This document shows, piece after piece, positions 60,632-64,000 of a DNA stretch of 64,000 nt. The DNA comes from Iphione sp. A-MEVVRFRX5. Lineage: Eukaryota. The translations under genes and the position numbers were made by a program. Numbering within the stretch: the stretch's first letter is position 1; each line of letters begins with the position of its first letter. The stretch covers positions 39,990,001-40,054,000 of the forward strand of contig OZ320323.1 in NCBI GenBank assembly GCA_976226885.1, in the 5' to 3' direction. The notes below the pieces were generated by a model, which was given only the letters and a program-made list of their open reading frames with translations, ran no database searches and was not told the origin of the DNA.

Positions 60632-63373
60632 GTCAAATATCCCTATCTCTCTTCTTTTCTGTTTATGGACAGAGCTATGGATATTCTTACAGAGATCTCT
60701 ACTTTAGCCTGTCTGTATTCTATGTTATTCCCCCTGTCTGTCGTCTCACATATCTCTAACCTGCACGCCCAAAGTCTTTTGGTATCTGTGTCAGATTTTG
60801 TCTGATTCTATATTTCTGATCTTGTTTGTGTTTTTCTGCCTGTGTTTGCCTGATCGTGTCAATTTCTATCATTCTGTCTGTCTTTGCCTGACTACATCTG
60901 TTTCTGTTGTTCTCTCTCTCTTTTGCCTGGCTGCATCTTTTGTCATTTTCTTTACGTCTTCATCTAACTCCATCTGTTTCTGTCACTCTGTCTTTGCCTG
61001 ACTGTATCTGTTTCAGTCATTCTGTCGGTACCTGACTGCCTTTCTCCTCCGCCCTGGCCCAGCCCCGTTCGTATATGTAAATATGTGTCTTTTGGCCTCG
61101 TCTGTGCGCATATAAACTATATGCGAAAGACTGCATCCGTTCTTAAAATCCTGTGGCAGACTGAGAGTGTGTGATCCATGCCACAGAAGACCCACGGCCA
61201 CAGTTCTCAAATCAAATTCCAACTCTCCTTTTCCTGCTGAAAAAAAGTCCATCTCACTTGCTAGGAATGGTTTGAGACGAAAACCTAACATCACCAACTT
61301 GCCCACCTGAGTCCAAAAGTTTAATCGTACGTATACCTTTGCAGGGATATTCAGATACGATATACATGAATATAATTATTTCGGACATTAACGACCGAAA
61401 TAATAGTGTAGAGCTCAAACAATTTCTTGCAAGTGAGGTTTTGTATTAAGTTGCTTAATAGAGTGTCATTTCCATTGTGTCTGTTTTTTTCATGATTTGC
61501 TTTTGTATAATTTCTATTCGCTTGAATATCATTTGATACTGTATGTATTTTCAGTAGGAACCTCTCACTTATTTTTGTCAGAATTCCTATGCTTGCGTTC
61601 TATATGGAAATGACACAGCTTAATATGGTTTTGACAAGTCAGTTTCTTAATTTTTCTTCTTTGCACATCAATCATGTATGGGCCTCTTGCACAATGATCA
61701 GTTGCTCTGCTTGCCTAGTAGAGCTTTTGCACTAACACATACGCCTTCTCTATTTTTTCCTTCGGTCTAACCCTCTTTATTCGTCGAATGTCGCCCGTGT
61801 ATTCGATTGTTAGATATACAGTTGTTACCTTAACGGAAAACGTACCAGACGTGTTGGAAGTCGGTTCCCTATGAATTATTAAGCACATCTGAAGTTCTTT
61901 AGACAGTCATTAGGGGTGGACTGGTTTCGCAAATACGTCCGGGCAGGCCTTGTACGAAGTTGGTTTTAGATTTCGATGCGTCAATGTGATTATAGAAAGT
62001 TATTCCTCTGCGGTGTTTTTTTTTTCGAGGGAATATGTCCTAGAACATCGTAGCTTTCCACCTCTGCGTAACTACGTTAACTCTAGGAAATGTACTACAA
62101 GGCGAGTGAAATTAAATAATGTTGATGGAAGGAAGACGAAACGGTAGAATATGGCGGGGTTTTTTTCTGGGCGTAATTGGGATCAGCGCTGAGTTATGTG
62201 AAACCGTCTGTAGAGGAAATCACTTCTCTGCAGAAAGTTGAAGAAAAAAGGAGGAAAGCCAGAGGAAGCAATGGCGGTTCATATAAACTATACTGCTGAA
62301 CGATTAGGTTCCCAGTGTAATGTGTTAGATGAGGCGAAATCCTCAGTAATCGTTCTTGCTTTTTAGTCCAAATTCGCGGCTTAATTCTCGTTCTCGCAAT
62401 GTCTATTTGCACTTCATCAAAACGAATCTTCAACAGGAACTGCAAGCTACATGGAACTGAAAATATTTATCCAAAAAGAACAGATCTCTCGGAAGTAAAC
62501 TACATGTCAGACTGAGGTCAATGAAATGTGTATTAGAGTAGGGGGGATCAAGGTTTTGTTTACCAAGCGGAAAAGATATCATTTATTCGTAGTCCTACGA
62601 TTTTATTTATGATGTGTTGTAAATAGGTAATTATGTGTTTGATATCAGGAATACATATCATTCAATACACGTCATGTCAGCCTGTTTTGCATGGTCCACT
62701 TTCTTCTCCGTTTCGTCGTTGTCCAACATTCTCCGAATGCTGTGTATTCTTGATCTGTTACCCATAGCAAGATCACTGTTCTCTCGCCAGAAATACCCAA
62801 ACTGAGCCAACTAATGATGAGGATTTTCCCCAATGCCTGTTCAGCTTTCCTGGAAGAATGAGGCTCTTTCTTTAGATAGTTATTAAATAGCGTTAAGTCC
62901 CTCGAAGGCGCCAATCCTGCTATAGTAAGTCTACTTCATAACATGCCACGAAAAGCGTGAAAATTTTGTCCCACAAGATAATCATTTGAGACGAACTCTG
63001 CCTGAAACCGAATATTTTGTTGACAGTTGTATTTATCACAAGCCACTAAATAATACTGGAAATAAAAATAGTCAATATACTACACATAATGTTCACACAG
63101 AATTTCGGTAAGGCATTTATGACGATCAAATAATGTCCCGATGTCTTAACGTGTTTGAAACTTGCTTATAAACATTTCCTTCTTGAATATTCTCCCTCAG
63201 TAACGTCAACCTGGCTGTGGGAGGAAGGGCGGCTACTCCAACTCGGGCTCAGTCTCCTCACCCATAGAGTTATCTTCGCTCTCATTTCACTCGGCTACTA
63301 CTGGGCGGTGGGCGACAAGGTCACCAAGATGCGAAGGAGCAACTCAGCCTCGGATCTGAGCAAGTCCCAGTAG
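49545..63373 (+). CDS. TP53I11: TP53-inducible protein 11 (PIG11) homolog, 4-TM membrane protein. Model join(49545-49579,52624-52717,54361-54468,55436-55535,56232-56333,63201-63373), 612 bp, 203 aa
   Basis: The spliced product (..[75 protein letters not shown]..) matches recalled vertebrate TP53I11 ([32 protein letters not shown]; [11 protein letters not shown]; KVIIRWTLL). All junctions are GT-AG with consistent phases 2/0/0/1/1. The first exon used is only one of several candidates. Confidence 0.93.
51299..51418. repeat. 31-bp tandem repeat x4
   Basis: CCATGATAGAACCACAGATATATAGTGGAAT, head-to-tail. Confidence 0.93.
52624..52717 (+). CDS. TP53I11: TP53I11 constant exon (KHSSGD...HRSK), phase 2 in / 0 out
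   Basis: ttttgcag|A AAG CAC ... TCA AAG|gtaact; highly conserved peptide. Confidence 0.95.
53668..53850. mobile_element. Degenerate MITE with repeated AAGACCAC subterminal motifs
   Basis: Starts ACAGTG; repeated (a)AGACCA motifs with an inverted GTGGTCTTA near the right end. Confidence 0.35.
54361..54468 (+). CDS. TP53I11: TP53I11 exon (LSQILG...IGVW), TM1
   Basis: ccttttccag|CTT ... TGG|gtatgt; 36 codons. Confidence 0.94.
55436..55535 (+). CDS. TP53I11: TP53I11 exon (ALLFP...[10 protein letters not shown])
   Basis: tcttttccag|GCC ... ATC A|gtaagc; PIRLYGGAL signature. Confidence 0.95.
56232..56333 (+). CDS. TP53I11: TP53I11 exon (SLSVVFW...IQIV)
   Basis: cgtttcag|GT TTA ... GTG G|gtgagt; IIRWSLL motif. 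Confidence 0.95.
57492..57590 (+). pseudogene. tRNA-Arg-like pseudogene or SINE head
   Basis: GCCTCTGTGGCGCAGTGGA resembles the 5' end of tRNA-Arg(TCT); box B GGTTCGAACC at 57570-57579; acceptor stem has 2 mismatches; insertion in the anticodon arm. Confidence 0.6.
57870..59100 (-). mobile_element. Highly decayed LINE RT remnant in the TP53I11 intron
   Basis: Minus-strand VKSGALQ../[16 protein letters not shown] (58606-58694) resembles the RT motif G..QG..LSPLLF; 3' CTLGC..ESKEHYV-like remnant; heavily disrupted. Confidence 0.45.
59865..60016. other. Assembly gap (152 N)
   Basis: N run inside the last TP53I11 intron. Confidence 1.
60259..60461 (+). CDS. TP53I11: Candidate alternative TP53I11 terminal exon A (VSTTSS...[23 protein letters not shown]...VGRP*)
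   Basis: ttttggttttcag|TC acceptor in the required phase 1; GC-rich coding-like composition; 20-aa hydrophobic helix ending YFWLG, parallel to YYWAVG of exon B. Confidence 0.6.
60560..60631. repeat. Perfect (CT)n microsatellite
   Basis: About 35 CT units, downstream of candidate terminal exon A. Confidence 0.97.
63201..63373 (+). CDS. TP53I11: TP53I11 canonical terminal exon B (VTSTWLW...SKSQ*)
   Basis: tctccctcag|TA ACG; hydrophobic TM4 followed by GYYWAVG, matching vertebrate IYYYYQVG; TAG stop. Confidence 0.92.
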
Positions 63374-64000
63374 AGTGGGTTCTGTATGACAACTATACTA
63401 CAAGACTCGCCCCCCGAAAAGAGAGCAACTCCCTTCTGGGAAGCCCGGGGGCGGCATTCATTAACCCACTGAGCAAATTGTTATTAGCTCTTATAACTGC
63501 CTTCTGTTGAATCAGTAGGATCAGGTATCAGCAAACGAGATGAAGACTAATGTTCAGGATGTAATCTGGTTTATTTTGCTATCTTTTAAAGACTTGCAAA
63601 AAACGATTTTGCAACGTGATGTCGAAATCTGGGGGTATTTCTGAACACTGACTTGCTTTATGAATCATACATTATTATATATGTTGGAAAAGGTATTCGT
63701 ATTTTCGCACCGCTATTTTGTGTTTTGAGGGCCTATTGCGAAAAGAATTACCGTCTGGTATATATAACGACTTTGACAGGTATACGTGCCACGTTTATTG
63801 TAGTTACACTTTGGATCAACGAACAGTGGCTGGTCCAAGCGTCTGTCCATCTGTAGCCACAAACGTGTGTATCTCGTAAACATTGACCATACAGAGCGCA
63901 ACGTACCAGGTACTGGAGGAAAGTATACCTATCCTTAGGAGAAAGTGTTGAGGATTATAGGTTCTCCAGGAATGATCTTTGAAAGCGGGTGTGTTTGCAC

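Noticed and set aside
61017-61175. Third phase-1 acceptor as another terminal exon ([15 protein letters not shown]...)
   Set aside because: No convincing TM helix or similarity to exons A and B; the acceptor is expected by chance after a CT tract.

Overview
This is animal (probably lophotrochozoan, mollusc-like; inference) nuclear DNA with spliceosomal introns, microsatellites and two N-gaps. There is no prokaryotic operon or CRISPR array. Three things are well supported. (1) An intact, apparently very young Ty3/Gypsy LTR retrotransposon of the Mag lineage lies at 19044-23896, with identical 143-bp TG..CA LTRs, a 5-bp AGAAA target-site duplication, a tRNA-Leu-type PBS, a PPT and one uninterrupted gag-pol ORF. 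(2) A + strand TP53I11 (PIG11) homolog has phase-consistent constant exons at 52624-52717, 54361-54468, 55436-55535, 56232-56333 and 63201-63373. (3) Decayed LINEs, tRNA-derived SINE heads, MITEs and tandem repeats are scattered through the window. The most interesting signal is the TP53I11 architecture. The first constant exon has no ATG and needs a phase-2 partner, and up to nine ATG-to-donor mini-exons of exactly that phase are spread over 14.5-49.6 kb. A second phase-1 terminal exon (60259-60461) appears to encode an alternative fourth TM helix and tail. Together these suggest a variable-first-exon x alternative-last-exon isoform system, although some first-exon candidates are surely chance. 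An unidentified minus-strand gene probably occupies about 1-10 kb.
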